Below are positions 14,586 to 26,574 of a stretch of DNA of 64,000 bases, in pieces; the first letter of the stretch is position 1; each line of letters opens with the position of its first letter. A program made the translations under genes and the position numbers. Under the pieces are notes generated by a model. It worked only from the letters and a program-made list of their open reading frames with translations, had not been told where the DNA came from and searched no databases. Source of the DNA: Escherichia phage MRostami-2023e; sequence record OQ031495; one strand, given 5' to 3'.

Positions 14586-16390
14586 TATGCAATCCTTACC
14601 CAACGGTATACAGTTATAGATGGCTGAATATTAGTTATAGAACGCGCTGGAACATGAGATCCATTAGTCTTTGCATGGTCTTCACGATATTTAGTGTAAA
14701 TAGGACCTTCTTCATCCGGGTCATATTGGCAACCGCCTATAATTACTGTACCATTATCATCAGAAATAAGAACCTTTTCATCGGTTTGTGTAGCTGGTAA
14801 ATCAGCATTTTCTAATGTGATGGTTGTTACACCAACGGTACCACCTGCTGTATGAGTAGGGTTACCATTGACGTCAAGGTCATTATTATTTAATGCAAAA
14901 TTAGGATCGGATGCGTCGTCATTCCAACCTGCTAATACTTTGCCTTGTCCCCAAATTTTCCACAAACCAAAACCTAAATAAGTTGCCGGATTATTAGGGT
15001 TAACCGCATTTTCGTAAATAGTCCCGACAGGATAAATTGTATCAAATATTGCTGAGATAGTCGAGAATTCACGTTCATACTTAGGAACAGGTTCTACATT
15101 AGGCCATCCAATTTTATCGAAATCGGTTAATGCAACGTCACCAGTAATTTCAATGTTAGACCCTTGAGAAACATATTTCTCATCAGCGACATCAAGGATT
15201 TCTTCCATTTCAAGAAGAGTTCCTAAATCGTTATTAAACCATGTGATGGTAATAATGTCTTGGTCTTCAAATTGACGGTCAAACAGAATTGCGCTAGGGA
15301 TATTATCAGTATATTCAATCGCATAATCTGTATACGATTGAGTCCACGTCCCACCGAGATTAGCGCATGACTCTTCAGAATCAGCATCCACACCTTCACA
15401 ACGGAAAATAGGAGTTCCAACAGTACCAGCTAATTCTTGGAGAATACCATTGAAGCGAACTTCTAACGAATTAGGGTTAGGTGGTTCCGTAGGATTAATA
15501 CCAAATGCTGTAAATGGAATAGACCGGAACGTACTCAAATCAGTGACGTAAATACTTCCGTCAATAGACTTTTTAGCAGTCAATTTACTATCTAAAATGC
15601 GAACTTGGCGACGAGTATATGAACTACGCCACTGAGAAACACCATCTAGGAATGTCTCAATTTGTACAGTGTCCCCAACATTACACGGTTGGCGTAATCT
15701 AATATTAAATCCATCGAGTGCAACCAGTTCACCAGGATTAGCGCCTGGAGAACCAAAATCACTATTATCACTGAATACATCACCGTAGTACAATTCGTTG
15801 CCACGATGTTTTACGCGAATGTTGTTAACATTATAAGAGGTCCCGTTAAAAACATCCATGAAATCGGTCTGACCTTGGGTTTCAACCAGATATTCTCTAC
15901 GAGCAACGTTACTAATGTCAGAGCTAACTATTTTGTCAATTTGTTTGTTCTTGATGTATTCCCAACGTCCAGGAGCACAATAAACTAATTCTAAATCAGA
16001 GAACTGAACGTTAATTTCCACCGGAGATGAAGAACCTTTAATCGTGTCTCCGTTTGCCGGAATTAAAGTAACAGGGTTAATGTTCCAAGTTGCAAATACG
16101 TCACGGGCACGAATAACTTTATTATAGTCTGCAATTGTCCCTTTAGGAAGATTTACCGAAACTCGTCCAGAAGTAGTATTAATTGCATAAGATTTACCCC
16201 AAGCAGCCTTAAGATTAAGACCATCAGCCGCATCATAAGTCTTCCATGCACCAGCGGCATAAGGAACTTCACCATCACCTAATTCATAATAGATTTCGTC
16301 AAAGTTCTCATTTATTTTTTCACCACCTCGACGAAGGTAATCGCCTTGTCCGTCATCAACGACGTTACCAATTTTAATATTTTGTTTCAT
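14585..16390 (-). CDS. 10: Baseplate wedge protein gp10
   Basis: 601 aa (T4 gp10 602 aa); conserved order. Confidence 0.88.
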   Translation of the reverse strand: MKQNIKIGNVVDDGQGDYLRRGGEKINENFDEIYYELGDGEVPYAAGAWKTYDAADGLNLKAAWGKSYAINTTSGRVSVNLPKGTIADYNKVIRARDVFATWNINPVTLIPANGDTIKGSSSPVEINVQFSDLELVYCAPGRWEYIKNKQIDKIVSSDISNVARREYLVETQGQTDFMDVFNGTSYNVNNIRVKHRGNELYYGDVFSDNSDFGSPGANPGELVALDGFNIRLRQPCNVGDTVQIETFLDGVSQWRSSYTRRQVRILDSKLTAKKSIDGSIYVTDLSTFRSIPFTAFGINPTEPPNPNSLEVRFNGILQELAGTVGTPIFRCEGVDADSEESCANLGGTWTQSYTDYAIEYTDNIPSAILFDRQFEDQDIITITWFNNDLGTLLEMEEILDVADEKYVSQGSNIEITGDVALTDFDKIGWPNVEPVPKYEREFSTISAIFDTIYPVGTIYENAVNPNNPATYLGFGLWKIWGQGKVLAGWNDDASDPNFALNNNDLDVNGNPTHTAGGTVGVTTITLENADLPATQTDEKVLISDDNGTVIIGGCQYDPDEEGPIYTKYREDHAKTNGSHVPARSITNIQPSITVYRWVRIA

Positions 16391-17262
16391 TATTGAGCGA
16401 CCCCAATTTTCTGAGTTGAGATAATTTTAACTGCCGAACGTAATCCAATAATATCGGATGTAATCGTCATAGTAGCAAAGTTGTTAATAATACTAAAGCT
16501 AATATTAGCAATCTCGTCGGTTTCATCTACATTACCAACTCGCATTACTGCAAATTCGGTAGAAAGAACTTCTGAGTTAATTGTATCTATTAGAATATTT
16601 ATTTCACATGTTTTTATTTTTCTGCCGTCAGCGGATTGACATGTAACAAGCAATTTAGCCATGTTATAATCTGTGCGATAAAACAGAGGAATAGAAACTG
16701 TGTTTCCTGTAAGACTCCAAGTCCCATCGACAGGAGATTCTTTCTGCCCAAACATGCTATCAGTAGAATAATTCCATACTGAAGTCGGCCCATTAATTTC
16801 AACACAACGAAGAACAACATGGGTATAAGGGGTGGAAATAACAAGATTATTAAGAACACCTTTAATTGAACCATCAGTTACTTGGATACTTAAAGGATTG
16901 TTAACAGAAATAGACCCATTAGAGTTTATGAATTCTACAGAGTCACCTAATTCAGGACGGTCAATAATAACAATCACACCACCATCAGAAGCATCAATAT
17001 CATGCATAGTGCCTGGTTTAATAGGAGTTTGATAATCGACCGCCTTTCCTTTTTGATAATAACCTGTGGCATGAATAGTTTGACCTGTAGGTCCGGTTCC
17101 ATCTGCTACGGCCATTTTACGTTGATCGCCAAATGCATTGTAAATAGCGTTGATATCGTCATTTATTTTATTACCACCGTCGAATAAGATATCACCTGTT
17201 GAGGCATTACCAATTTCGCCGGTATCGATTAATTGTTTAGGAGTTTGCTTAAAAAATGCCAT
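16390..17262 (-). CDS. 9: Baseplate wedge protein gp9 (long tail fibre socket)
   Basis: 290 aa (T4 gp9 288 aa); conserved order. Confidence 0.85.
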   Translation of the reverse strand: MAFFKQTPKQLIDTGEIGNASTGDILFDGGNKINDDINAIYNAFGDQRKMAVADGTGPTGQTIHATGYYQKGKAVDYQTPIKPGTMHDIDASDGGVIVIIDRPELGDSVEFINSNGSISVNNPLSIQVTDGSIKGVLNNLVISTPYTHVVLRCVEINGPTSVWNYSTDSMFGQKESPVDGTWSLTGNTVSIPLFYRTDYNMAKLLVTCQSADGRKIKTCEINILIDTINSEVLSTEFAVMRVGNVDETDEIANISFSIINNFATMTITSDIIGLRSAVKIISTQKIGVAQ

Positions 17263-17294
17263 AATTCTGCCTTTTGTTGTCCGATATTATATTC

Positions 17295-17302
17295 TATTTA
17301 TA
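17295..17302 (-). promoter_or_regulatory. Late promoter (TATAAATA) for gene 9
   Basis: tatttata on + strand in the 8-9 intergenic region. Confidence 0.6.
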
Positions 17303-17313
17303 GATACAAAAAT

Positions 17314-17331
17314 GGGAGCCCGAAGGCTCCC
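17314..17331 (-). terminator. Hairpin (gggagcc-cgaa-ggctccc) followed by U-run on minus strand, between genes 8 and 9
   Basis: 7-bp GC stem, tetraloop, attttt on minus strand. Confidence 0.45.
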
Positions 17332-17334
17332 TAA

Positions 17335-18339
17335 TTAAAACATAAACAAAATGTTAATTTCTTCTGTTTGGTCCATTGCCATAATAACAGGTGGTCGGTT
17401 TTCCATATAAATCATTTCACCAGAATGACGTTGCAGGTCTCTAGGGTCGTAATAATCCTTTTCTGCTTTAACATTAGGGTCATTTGGATTTTTCTTAGCT
17501 TCTAATGGGTTTGCGATAATTGATATCTGTCTAAAACCCTTGTTACCTGGCAAAGCTGCCTCAGGGAAATAAACAGAATCAAAATATGCTTTAAACCGCA
17601 TTGTATTAGCTTTAACACGATAAATCAAGCCGTAGTCGTCTTGTTGCCAAGTTAAGTTATTTTCATATCCCCAACGGGTGGGGTCTTCTTTAATTTCTTC
17701 CGGCCATGGAACTACAAGATATTCATTAGTGCAACGGTTAATTGACACATCGGCAGGAATCTCATAAAGATATTCCCAAATATATCCATCACCGGTTTCG
17801 ATAACCCCATTAGCATCGCCTCTGCCTTCAGGAGGAGACATAGAACGAACAGACGGAGTCCATTTACCACCTAATTTAAGACATTCGTCTTTATTATCTA
17901 AAGATTCTATTGAACAGAGCCCTACGTCAGGGACGTCTAAACAACGGTAAATTAACCAACCGGCTCCAACTTCTGTCGCGTTGTACGGAGCAGTATTACA
18001 TGCGACTATATCGTTAATTCTAAACGTGTAAGGGTCTGGATATCGCACATCTCCCCAATCACGTCTAGGAATAACAGAATCTAACATTGAAGGTAAAACT
18101 TTAACGGTACCCATCATGTGGGTCCACATATCAGTAACACCAAGAACAGAATCTGTAGGATAAGGTGGGGCGAAGCCCACCTCATTTTCATTTGACGCCC
18201 AAGGCTCTGAACGTCCAAACGTAATATAAATGGAGTTCTTATCATCTCCATCCCCAACTGAATTATAAAAATTCAGCATTTTCTCTGTTCTAAATTTTGA
18301 TGTAACTATTGCACGATAGATAACACTTGAATCATTCAT
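17335..18339 (-). CDS. 8: Baseplate wedge protein gp8
   Basis: 334 aa (T4 gp8 334 aa). Confidence 0.88.
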   Translation of the reverse strand: MNDSSVIYRAIVTSKFRTEKMLNFYNSVGDGDDKNSIYITFGRSEPWASNENEVGFAPPYPTDSVLGVTDMWTHMMGTVKVLPSMLDSVIPRRDWGDVRYPDPYTFRINDIVACNTAPYNATEVGAGWLIYRCLDVPDVGLCSIESLDNKDECLKLGGKWTPSVRSMSPPEGRGDANGVIETGDGYIWEYLYEIPADVSINRCTNEYLVVPWPEEIKEDPTRWGYENNLTWQQDDYGLIYRVKANTMRFKAYFDSVYFPEAALPGNKGFRQISIIANPLEAKKNPNDPNVKAEKDYYDPRDLQRHSGEMIYMENRPPVIMAMDQTEEINILFMF

Positions 18340-21300
18340 CTAATTTAACCTGTGGTGGATTCACGGGGTCTCTTGGATTTCCTACATTATCGATTAACCG
18401 CTGTTCAACCAAATCTCTAAATCTAGAGAATGTTGTTCCGGACGCATCAAATAATGGGCTCATCAGTTTACGTCGTTCCGATGGAAGTTGACCTTGAAAT
18501 ATGGAGTTATTGTTTTCAGCGTTATAATCTTCAGGTAATGGATAATCTTGACCAGCCATAGGGCCTATTTCATATATCGCTTTACCTGTAATAGGGTCAA
18601 ACTCAACATTTCCTTGTGGGTCTAATTTAGCCACTCGGTCTGCATATTTAGTCGGTAATCCAGAATCCCACTTATAGTTTTTGTATTTATTAATAATGGT
18701 TTCAACATGTTTAAGTGTTAATCCGGTGTTAATAAACATTGTGAGAAGGGTAATTGCGATAAATCCAAATCCAACCGGATGAACAAAACGTAATACGTCT
18801 GATTTCCAACGAGATGATGGAAGTTTAGATTTAATCTTCATTACGTAGTATGCTCTACCACGATTTATGTAATCGATGTTGTTCTGAGAAAGCTCTTTAC
18901 CTTTAATACCACGAACAATTTCACCTTCAAAACCAGGGAGTCTTTCAGCTTTAACTTCCTGTCCTTGGATTAAACGTCCTAAGAGGTTGTGAATTGTTAC
19001 GGTCCATTGTAATTTACCTTTAGAGTAACTTCTCTCGATATACGTCACATTACAACGTCCTGTCGCGGTGTATATGGTTTGTCCGACCAAATCTTCTGTC
19101 AACGAATCAGATTCAATGATGATATCATATTCGGTCCCAGAACTAGATTCAATTTCAATTTCAACATCTTCGTTATAAAGCACTTTAAACAAGAATTTAT
19201 ATGATGCTTCAGTTCCTTTAGTTGAATAGAAGTCATAACTTCTTGATTCAAAGAAACGAGCCACTAAATCGCGTTTTTCGGCGTTTAAGTAAATGTTTCG
19301 TTTATAAATCTCGGACCATAAATATTCCCACGCATGTTCTTCGCGCGGATATTGATTTTTAATAAGATTTAAAAGGTTGTTATAATGGGTCCCATAACCG
19401 TCAGAAAGATACTGAATATAAGCCTCGCAGAATGCTTCGAAGTTTGTATTATCTAAAAGATAAGACTCCGGCATCATTGTAGTGAGCAATGGTCGTAAAT
19501 CTGGGTCCGCAATACCATTCTCTTCCACAGGAGTCCATGTGGTATCTTTTTCTTGGTTTTGTAACGATGCTGTTAAGAATACATTAGTAGGCTTCCAAAT
19601 TATAGAAACATTATCTCTAACACGGTAACTAAAATCATAATAAGAAATAATCTCACCTGATGCTTTATAGAAAATCATGCCAGATGCATATTTTTTAAAT
19701 CCGGTGAAATCTACGTTAGGCATCACTATTGTACAGTCACCGTCCTTCCAATATTCATGAACTTCACGGTCTGAAGAACTAAGTGGATGATTCTCAATAA
19801 CCTTAGTGTAAAGTAAATCAGAATAAATTACAACGGCCTTGTCTGAGTTATTAATCCAACAACGAGTACCAGACTTTCTAGAATAACTAAAGAATGGCTC
19901 AGCATAGTATTCCATTGGTTGAGGAGTGAACGATTCCCATTGAGAGTCTTCAGTTGAAATAAATGCCATCATATGATAATGTTTATCAGCCAACCATTCG
20001 CGAGGATACTCATATTTAACAGCACCGATTAAACCGTACTTGATTTGTGTTTTTGGGTCATCAACAATATCTGATTCTAAAAATTTAAAATTACTAGATG
20101 AAATAGATAACTCAACACCATCAGTAGACATACTGGTGTACCCAGGTTCAATACGACGGCGTTCTTCTTCAGTATTACCAAACACACGTTTAAATGTGCC
20201 AGCATCATGGTCTAGAACGTAAACACCCTTATCAGCAGAATCAACAATAGGAGTGGTCCTCGGGTCGTCATTAAGATTAACAACTTCACCGATAATCAGT
20301 GCAAATATTTTACCACCGACAGAATCCATTTTATAGCAAACTGCCTTAGGGTTACCTGTGATGTTAAATGTTTCTTGTTCAAACAAACGTTCGGAATATG
20401 TCGGAGATAACGGGTCTGAATCAATAGGGGCATTACTAGTTTTAATAAAACGAACTTTATCTCGAGCAGCAACGTATACATAATCGTCATTGCAAACGAT
20501 AGCTTCTGCAATACGTGATACGTTAGCAGGTAATGATGCATAGTTACCAAATATTTCTACATCATATCCTAAATTTAACTGGTCACCAATTTTAGCAAAT
20601 GTTATATCTTGAGAACTAAATCTCACATCATCAGCAGACCAACGAACGTCAGTTGATTTACGGCCGTAAAATAATTTATCGTACCCAAGAACATACGTGG
20701 TGTAATCTGTCTGGTAATACACTGTTCTTGATACAGGGTACCCTACACGGTCATTAAACAATTTAACTGATTTCCAGGTTTGTCCCTTATCATTAGAGAC
20801 TTTAACCACAGGCTGATACCGTTCAAACAAATAAAGAATTCCTTCGGATTCCATCAAATAAACACGGTTTATATCATGACACACCTGTTGAATCGAACCT
20901 TGAATTTCATGATACTCATTTTCGCCAATAATGAAATTTTTAATAGATGAAATATCCGCATAAGCAGGGCTAAATTGGAACGATTCATTCATTAGAGCTG
21001 CCATTATAGTGTCGTTATTAAAATCAACATAAGCCATGTTGTTATTTGTAAATTTTTCTCTAATAAAAGTGTTAGCCAATTGCATTTCAATCATATGTTG
21101 AAATGTATACGCGTTAGTCTGAAATGATTCAAATATTTCGGTATATACCCAATCAGATCTCTCAAAGCCTTCGGCGGCAGTTGATACACGAATAATATAA
21201 GAAGTTAATGGGTCTAAGCTATTTTCGAACCAGTTGCTATTAGGAGTATATCCTAAATTTATCCATCTGTAGCTGGCAGGGGGAATTATTCCACCGTCTG

Positions 21301-21430
21301 CCGTTTTAGTCTCAGCGATTTCTACGAAATAGTAGAAATTAGCACCAACGTCATCCCAGCGTATTTGAACTTGGTTAGCGGACAACTTGGATATTCTGAG
21401 ACTTGTGACTGCTGGCGCTTTTACTGTCAT
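18332..21430 (-). CDS. 7: Baseplate wedge protein gp7
   Basis: 1032 aa (T4 gp7 1032 aa). Confidence 0.9.
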   Translation of the reverse strand: MTVKAPAVTSLRISKLSANQVQIRWDDVGANFYYFVEIAETKTADGGIIPPASYRWINLGYTPNSNWFENSLDPLTSYIIRVSTAAEGFERSDWVYTEIFESFQTNAYTFQHMIEMQLANTFIREKFTNNNMAYVDFNNDTIMAALMNESFQFSPAYADISSIKNFIIGENEYHEIQGSIQQVCHDINRVYLMESEGILYLFERYQPVVKVSNDKGQTWKSVKLFNDRVGYPVSRTVYYQTDYTTYVLGYDKLFYGRKSTDVRWSADDVRFSSQDITFAKIGDQLNLGYDVEIFGNYASLPANVSRIAEAIVCNDDYVYVAARDKVRFIKTSNAPIDSDPLSPTYSERLFEQETFNITGNPKAVCYKMDSVGGKIFALIIGEVVNLNDDPRTTPIVDSADKGVYVLDHDAGTFKRVFGNTEEERRRIEPGYTSMSTDGVELSISSSNFKFLESDIVDDPKTQIKYGLIGAVKYEYPREWLADKHYHMMAFISTEDSQWESFTPQPMEYYAEPFFSYSRKSGTRCWINNSDKAVVIYSDLLYTKVIENHPLSSSDREVHEYWKDGDCTIVMPNVDFTGFKKYASGMIFYKASGEIISYYDFSYRVRDNVSIIWKPTNVFLTASLQNQEKDTTWTPVEENGIADPDLRPLLTTMMPESYLLDNTNFEAFCEAYIQYLSDGYGTHYNNLLNLIKNQYPREEHAWEYLWSEIYKRNIYLNAEKRDLVARFFESRSYDFYSTKGTEASYKFLFKVLYNEDVEIEIESSSGTEYDIIIESDSLTEDLVGQTIYTATGRCNVTYIERSYSKGKLQWTVTIHNLLGRLIQGQEVKAERLPGFEGEIVRGIKGKELSQNNIDYINRGRAYYVMKIKSKLPSSRWKSDVLRFVHPVGFGFIAITLLTMFINTGLTLKHVETIINKYKNYKWDSGLPTKYADRVAKLDPQGNVEFDPITGKAIYEIGPMAGQDYPLPEDYNAENNNSIFQGQLPSERRKLMSPLFDASGTTFSRFRDLVEQRLIDNVGNPRDPVNPPQVKLDE

Positions 21431-23400
21431 TGTGAAATAGGCTCCAAATCTATAGTTAAGTACTGAGGACGTAAGTCATTTTCGAATACGATTAAAGAAC
21501 CGTCCTTTGTAAAAATAATATCATCTGCAGGGTCTGAATAAAGTTCAATTGTTTGAACTTCAAAACGGTCTGAAGTGAGGTCAATTTTAGCAATGTTCCA
21601 ATAAATCGAATCGGCGGGATAATTCACTTCACCAATTGAATAGTATTTGTTTCGTCCGTCAGTAACAGTAAGTTTATTAAAATCATTACCTGTATAAGGT
21701 TGTATATTTTCGTTTTCAACAACATCACCGTCTGCAAATGGACCAATAATAACTTGACCTATGCCACGGTCATTACGGTCAGAAGATACTATGCGAACAC
21801 CGTATTTAATAGTTTCGTTTGCATTTTCTGGATTAGGTCTGTGTGAATCAAACGAGAATATATTAGATTCCATCGATCTATCTTTAATCTGATTATTGTA
21901 TTTAATACCGGCCTCAGGCGTTTTATAGAAGTTTTGTACTTCGCGAACCATTTGAATAGTAGCTGAAGAACCAATAATAGAAATATCTGCATCATCGACA
22001 TAAGTTAGCATTTTAGATTTTGCAAACGATGAGTTAAAAATTTCTACATCTTCGATATAATATCGGTCTATTTTATTAATAATCTGCCCTTCAAGATATT
22101 GTTCTGATTCTTGGAGTTTATTCAACGCGTATGTAACCTTGATATTCATTTTGATAAACAAATAATCAGGCGAAATAACAACAGGTGTAATAGTCCCTAA
22201 GTTATAATCATTTAAATAGTTTTTGATATCATCGCGTTGGACAGAAGTTAAATACAGACCTGATTTAGGTTTAGCAGCAATAAATGCATAACCGGGTTTA
22301 GTAGAATCAGTGAACGTCTGAACCGCTTGAATAATAGAACCAAACCGCTCAGAGACGAATGTGTCATAGTCGGAAGCGGTTACACAACGTTGTTGAGTTT
22401 CGCGTTTAATTGTGCCTAATTCGCGGATACGTTCAATATCTTCAGGGTCACCACCACCATCAGCCCCGACAAAGTCTGGGTTATTGCTAGGGTTCTCGTT
22501 AATATCGATTACCGTGATATTAGCTAATGTATCAGCATAAGAAAATCCTACAGCACCGTTAGCATCTGCGCCATTAGTAGAAATATACTCAATTACGATT
22601 TTAGAACCCTGAACAGGTTTAAGGCCACCAATATAGTTAGATGTTAACGCACCTTCTGATGTGTTAATAGAGATTTCGCCTTCACCAAAATAAAATTCGG
22701 TGTTCCCATCAACTGTTTCACGCATATAATAGATTGTTGACGTAGAACCAGCGTGAACCATCGACTTACGAGTCCAGTTAATCCATTCTGCTCCGTCAAC
22801 ATACAACTTAACCAAATTACGGTCAATATTCTTATCACGAATAATGATAGGTTTTAATCTATCAAATGTTAATTCAGTGCGAACAATACGTCCTTGAGCT
22901 AATCGAAGACGTGGAAAATATTGGTTATTTTTGTCTTTAACTACAATGACATCTTCAGTAGAAACAAAGTTATACGGGTTAACAGAAGTATCTTTAGCGT
23001 ATGCTAAGAAACGAGTGCCACGTGGAATGGTGATATAGTTTCTATTTAATGCATCCGTACATGTGAGCATAATTTCTGTTTGTGCTGCTGATTTAGATGA
23101 AGGCAGATATCCGTTATCTTGAGCCGCTTGTACAACAGAACTACGCAAGTTTGCAGTACGCATAAAACTTTCATACACTGCACTATTACTGAACTGTTGG
23201 ATGTAAAGAGTGTTATATGCTAAAAGGTCGCACAATACGTTTAAGCGTGAACCTTCAAAATCATAATCAAGAAATTCATTCTGCCCATTAAGCCATTCGA
23301 TAATGTTCTGTTTGATTTCGGCAAATGTGCCCCCGATAAAAATCTCGGGAATAGCATTCGCTGTTCGGGTTAATTGATAATTTACAGGAGTGTTTGCCAT
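21427..23400 (-). CDS. 6: Baseplate wedge protein gp6
   Basis: Start at MANTPVNYQLTRTANAIPEIF... (T4 gp6 N-terminus as recalled); ~658 aa. Confidence 0.88.
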   Translation of the reverse strand: MANTPVNYQLTRTANAIPEIFIGGTFAEIKQNIIEWLNGQNEFLDYDFEGSRLNVLCDLLAYNTLYIQQFSNSAVYESFMRTANLRSSVVQAAQDNGYLPSSKSAAQTEIMLTCTDALNRNYITIPRGTRFLAYAKDTSVNPYNFVSTEDVIVVKDKNNQYFPRLRLAQGRIVRTELTFDRLKPIIIRDKNIDRNLVKLYVDGAEWINWTRKSMVHAGSTSTIYYMRETVDGNTEFYFGEGEISINTSEGALTSNYIGGLKPVQGSKIVIEYISTNGADANGAVGFSYADTLANITVIDINENPSNNPDFVGADGGGDPEDIERIRELGTIKRETQQRCVTASDYDTFVSERFGSIIQAVQTFTDSTKPGYAFIAAKPKSGLYLTSVQRDDIKNYLNDYNLGTITPVVISPDYLFIKMNIKVTYALNKLQESEQYLEGQIINKIDRYYIEDVEIFNSSFAKSKMLTYVDDADISIIGSSATIQMVREVQNFYKTPEAGIKYNNQIKDRSMESNIFSFDSHRPNPENANETIKYGVRIVSSDRNDRGIGQVIIGPFADGDVVENENIQPYTGNDFNKLTVTDGRNKYYSIGEVNYPADSIYWNIAKIDLTSDRFEVQTIELYSDPADDIIFTKDGSLIVFENDLRPQYLTIDLEPISQ

Positions 23401-23408
23401 TTTAATTC

Positions 23409-23702
23409 CTATTTTATAAAGACTTTTGACGAGGCCTGAGAAACAGTATCCCCGCATGAAATTGGGTCGGCCATTTGAACGGCCTTTTTACCGGTGACGT
23501 ATACTTTAGATGTACGAGGTTCAGTAACACCTCCATGAGTCTCGTATGGTTTTTTAATTTCTGTATGAGGTGTTATTTGGTCTCCTGCCACAAGAACAGG
23601 AATGCCGCCGGTGAACACTTTAGATTGGGAAGCATTTATTACAGTAGGAGGCCATGCTTCATGACCTGTTGTAACGCACTTGTCGTAACTTAAGCCAGAC
23701 AT
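23409..23702 (-). CDS. 5.4: PAAR-repeat spike tip protein gp5.4
   Basis: 97 aa from [21 protein letters not shown]...; same size as T4 gp5.4; Cys/His residues near N- and C-termini. Confidence 0.8.
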   Translation of the reverse strand: MSGLSYDKCVTTGHEAWPPTVINASQSKVFTGGIPVLVAGDQITPHTEIKKPYETHGGVTEPRTSKVYVTGKKAVQMADPISCGDTVSQASSKVFIK

Positions 23703-23704
23703 TT

Positions 23705-24220
23705 TCACGGCCTCACATAAACATAGTTTCGTAATTGATGAGCCCATTTGCTCCAATTTCCTACTATAGTTTTTGTATAAACCTTAGTAAGAGTTTTTTG
23801 TACTGGAGCCGGTGGAGGTTCTGTACCAGAGTCACTTCTAGAACCGCCTGATGAACTTTCTTCTTGGTAGTTATAAATCATTTCAACCGTATAACTAAAC
23901 ACTTTACGAAGATTCTGAGGAGCTCTCCACAAATATAACTGTGTGGACTCATCTTTTGGTAAATCATCCCATGAAGATGCGGTTTCAAAATCATCATTTA
24001 ATCGGTATTTCAATGCATCCGAAGAAAAGCTAAACACACTTTCATATGTTCCATATAAACGATTACCATCTACCGTAATGCCTTGTGTCGGTTCATAATC
24101 TATTATATTTATTGACACTAAAGTTTCGGTTGTTTCTAACTGTGGAGTAAAAAGGACGTCAATAGACGCCCCTTCCATGTCTTCTCCTAAGTCGGTATTT
24201 AAAGGAAGTATTTGTGCCAT
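23705..24220 (-). CDS. Hypothetical baseplate-region protein (gp5.1-like position)
   Basis: 171 aa ORF between gene 5 and the PAAR gene. Confidence 0.6.
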   Translation of the reverse strand: MAQILPLNTDLGEDMEGASIDVLFTPQLETTETLVSINIIDYEPTQGITVDGNRLYGTYESVFSFSSDALKYRLNDDFETASSWDDLPKDESTQLYLWRAPQNLRKVFSYTVEMIYNYQEESSSGGSRSDSGTEPPPAPVQKTLTKVYTKTIVGNWSKWAHQLRNYVYVRP

Positions 24221-24223
24221 ATA

Positions 24224-25957
24224 TTACCCAATATCAATACGAGATCCATCAACAGTGTATTGTCCTGAAGCTACTGAGCTCATTGTAGACATTGTTTCTG
24301 CCCAATCCCCAGCAACAGTCATATCAACATTACCGTTAACGGTCCATTTAACGTTTCCGTTGACAGTGTAATCATGATTCCCTTCGACCTGAGTTTTGGC
24401 ATCACCTTTAACAAGAATATCTGCATTTCCGTCAACAACTATTTTTATATTACCCTTAACGTAAAGAGTTCCATCGCCTTCAACAGTTTTAGATTGGTTA
24501 CCGCGAATAAAGATTGTGTCATTGCCGTCTATTTGATGGAGGCGGTCTGCCATGTTATAATATATTTCATTAGCACCAACGTTAACAAGCTTATCGCCAG
24601 AAATCAAGAAGTTACCATCGCCATTAGTGATGTCAAAAAGGTCTTCTACAGTTTTACGAGTACGACGCCCAGACGGAGAAACTTCCTCATATGACCCTGT
24701 TGGATGAACTAAGCGATAACGTTCATTACCTGGAGTATCGTCAAATTCTTGGATATGACCGCTTTCTGTTTCCATAGCATGAACATATGGGTACTCACCA
24801 CGATAACTTGATTCCGGTTCTTTAAAAAGGATGCGTGAATCTAATGGAACAGGAGGACCAGCCGGGTCTTCTGAATCGGTATTTCTAGTAACTAAATCAG
24901 CACCAACTCCTGGTGAAGGCGGTGTTTTAACAGGAACACCGTATGATTCCATGTTACCGGTTAAAATAATTGTTGTTACACGTGAAGCGCGTCCTTTAGT
25001 CTGTTGGAACCATAATGAATCGCGCCCAGATTTGTATGCAGTTTTCCAATCACCTTCGGCCATTGCTTTAAGCATAGTATTGAATTTTGCTACACCACCA
25101 ACGCCCATCTGGAAGCACATGTTTTCTAATGCCATTTGGCGAGATCTGTTCATTTTAGCATAAACAGGACCCACTTTAGAATTAGAACGAATGTCTTTCT
25201 GCATCTTAGCAAGGTCCTTCTCAAATAACGCTGTTGCTTCTTCTAATGTAATAGTCCCGGGATTTCCTGTTACTTCACGCCCTACTTGATCGGATAACAA
25301 TTTATTAATTCGAGACATATCTCGGGTTTTTTCCATTACTATAAGGTGTCCAATACCTACTGTAGGATACCCGAGATGGTCCCAATACACTTTATCACGA
25401 AGACCTTCGTCACGACGTAACATTTCTGTTATTGTAAAATTAGGGTCGTCATCTTCTGGAATATTTGCTAAATCTGTATCGTCTGGGTTTATACCATAAT
25501 CTAAGTTGTTATCTTGAATTACGTTAGAGTTCGAATAATAACCAGCTTCACCACCTTGGTTTAATACGTTCGTATCATTACCTAAACGTCGCGGATACTG
25601 GCCCGTCGGGTCTGAAAAACCTTCAAGTCTATTAGGCTTTTCACGTACGATTCCGCCGTATGTACCAAGTACAATCCCGTTTGTTTTCCATTTGTCTAAG
25701 AAATGACCATATACTCGAGTTCCTTCAACAGGACCTGTAACAGAACCACCAATACCTGACATTGATGCAGACGTAATAGGTTGAATAACAGTCATCCATG
25801 GAAGTTTTTCTGTAGGAATACCCTGCACGTCGCCTTGTACTCTCTGTGCGGGATGAAGTCCAACTACTCGCACTCGAACTCGCCCTTGTTTTAATGGGTC
25901 CATTCTGTCCTCGACAACACCCACGAACCAATTAAGGCTACTGCTAATCATTTCCAT
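24224..25957 (-). CDS. 5: Baseplate hub + tail lysozyme gp5
   Basis: 577 aa (T4 gp5 575 aa); lysozyme segment GLRDKVYWDHLGYPTVGIGHL; C-terminal VxGxxxxx beta-helix repeats. Confidence 0.93.
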   Translation of the reverse strand: MEMISSSLNWFVGVVEDRMDPLKQGRVRVRVVGLHPAQRVQGDVQGIPTEKLPWMTVIQPITSASMSGIGGSVTGPVEGTRVYGHFLDKWKTNGIVLGTYGGIVREKPNRLEGFSDPTGQYPRRLGNDTNVLNQGGEAGYYSNSNVIQDNNLDYGINPDDTDLANIPEDDDPNFTITEMLRRDEGLRDKVYWDHLGYPTVGIGHLIVMEKTRDMSRINKLLSDQVGREVTGNPGTITLEEATALFEKDLAKMQKDIRSNSKVGPVYAKMNRSRQMALENMCFQMGVGGVAKFNTMLKAMAEGDWKTAYKSGRDSLWFQQTKGRASRVTTIILTGNMESYGVPVKTPPSPGVGADLVTRNTDSEDPAGPPVPLDSRILFKEPESSYRGEYPYVHAMETESGHIQEFDDTPGNERYRLVHPTGSYEEVSPSGRRTRKTVEDLFDITNGDGNFLISGDKLVNVGANEIYYNMADRLHQIDGNDTIFIRGNQSKTVEGDGTLYVKGNIKIVVDGNADILVKGDAKTQVEGNHDYTVNGNVKWTVNGNVDMTVAGDWAETMSTMSSVASGQYTVDGSRIDIG

Positions 25958-26532
25958 TATGCAATCTCCATCTCACGAATCAAATCTGTGATAAACGAGT
26001 TTATATCTTCTTTTGCAACAATTTTTATTTTACGAAGTTTTTCATTATCTAATACTGCCGCTTCATAAGTATCTACTGCAGCTAAAGGTCCTTTATATTG
26101 CGGATACTTACGAGCTTCATCACCTTTATCGTACCACACTAAAGGCTCGTCTGGATATGAAACCAAATTGTAAAATTTCTCACGGTTCTCGTTAATATGG
26201 TAAAGAATTTGGTCTCCACCAGCATTTGCATATTTCTGAATAGACGCTTGATACGCTGCTTCCTGAGATGTAATCCAACCATAATACGGGTCGTAGTTAT
26301 CGTTGCACATCAAAAGAACCCAGTATAATTGCGGGTTACCATAAATGATATTCGCTAGTTCTTCAGGACGCGGAGAGCCTTTAATATAATAAGAACGTAA
26401 TCTATAATTGGCAGCAACACGCTTAAAGTACTCTTTATAGTTACGAAATATGTCTGTCATAGGAATAGTAGGTGCGTTCTTATTAACTGTTTTAGCACTA
26501 TATCCTATTGGGTCGAAGAATGTAAATAACAA
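25957..26532 (-). CDS. 53: Baseplate wedge protein gp53
   Basis: 191 aa (T4 gp53 196 aa); first gene of the minus-strand late module. Confidence 0.85.
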   Translation of the reverse strand: MLFTFFDPIGYSAKTVNKNAPTIPMTDIFRNYKEYFKRVAANYRLRSYYIKGSPRPEELANIIYGNPQLYWVLLMCNDNYDPYYGWITSQEAAYQASIQKYANAGGDQILYHINENREKFYNLVSYPDEPLVWYDKGDEARKYPQYKGPLAAVDTYEAAVLDNEKLRKIKIVAKEDINSFITDLIREMEIA

Positions 26533-26559
26533 GATAGTCTCCTTCCAATATGAAATTGG

Positions 26560-26567
26560 TATAAATA
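26560..26567 (+). promoter_or_regulatory. Late promoter TATAAATA on + strand (gene 4 side)
   Basis: exact tataaata 27 nt upstream of gene 4 ATG. Confidence 0.55.
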
Positions 26568-26574
26568 ATAATAC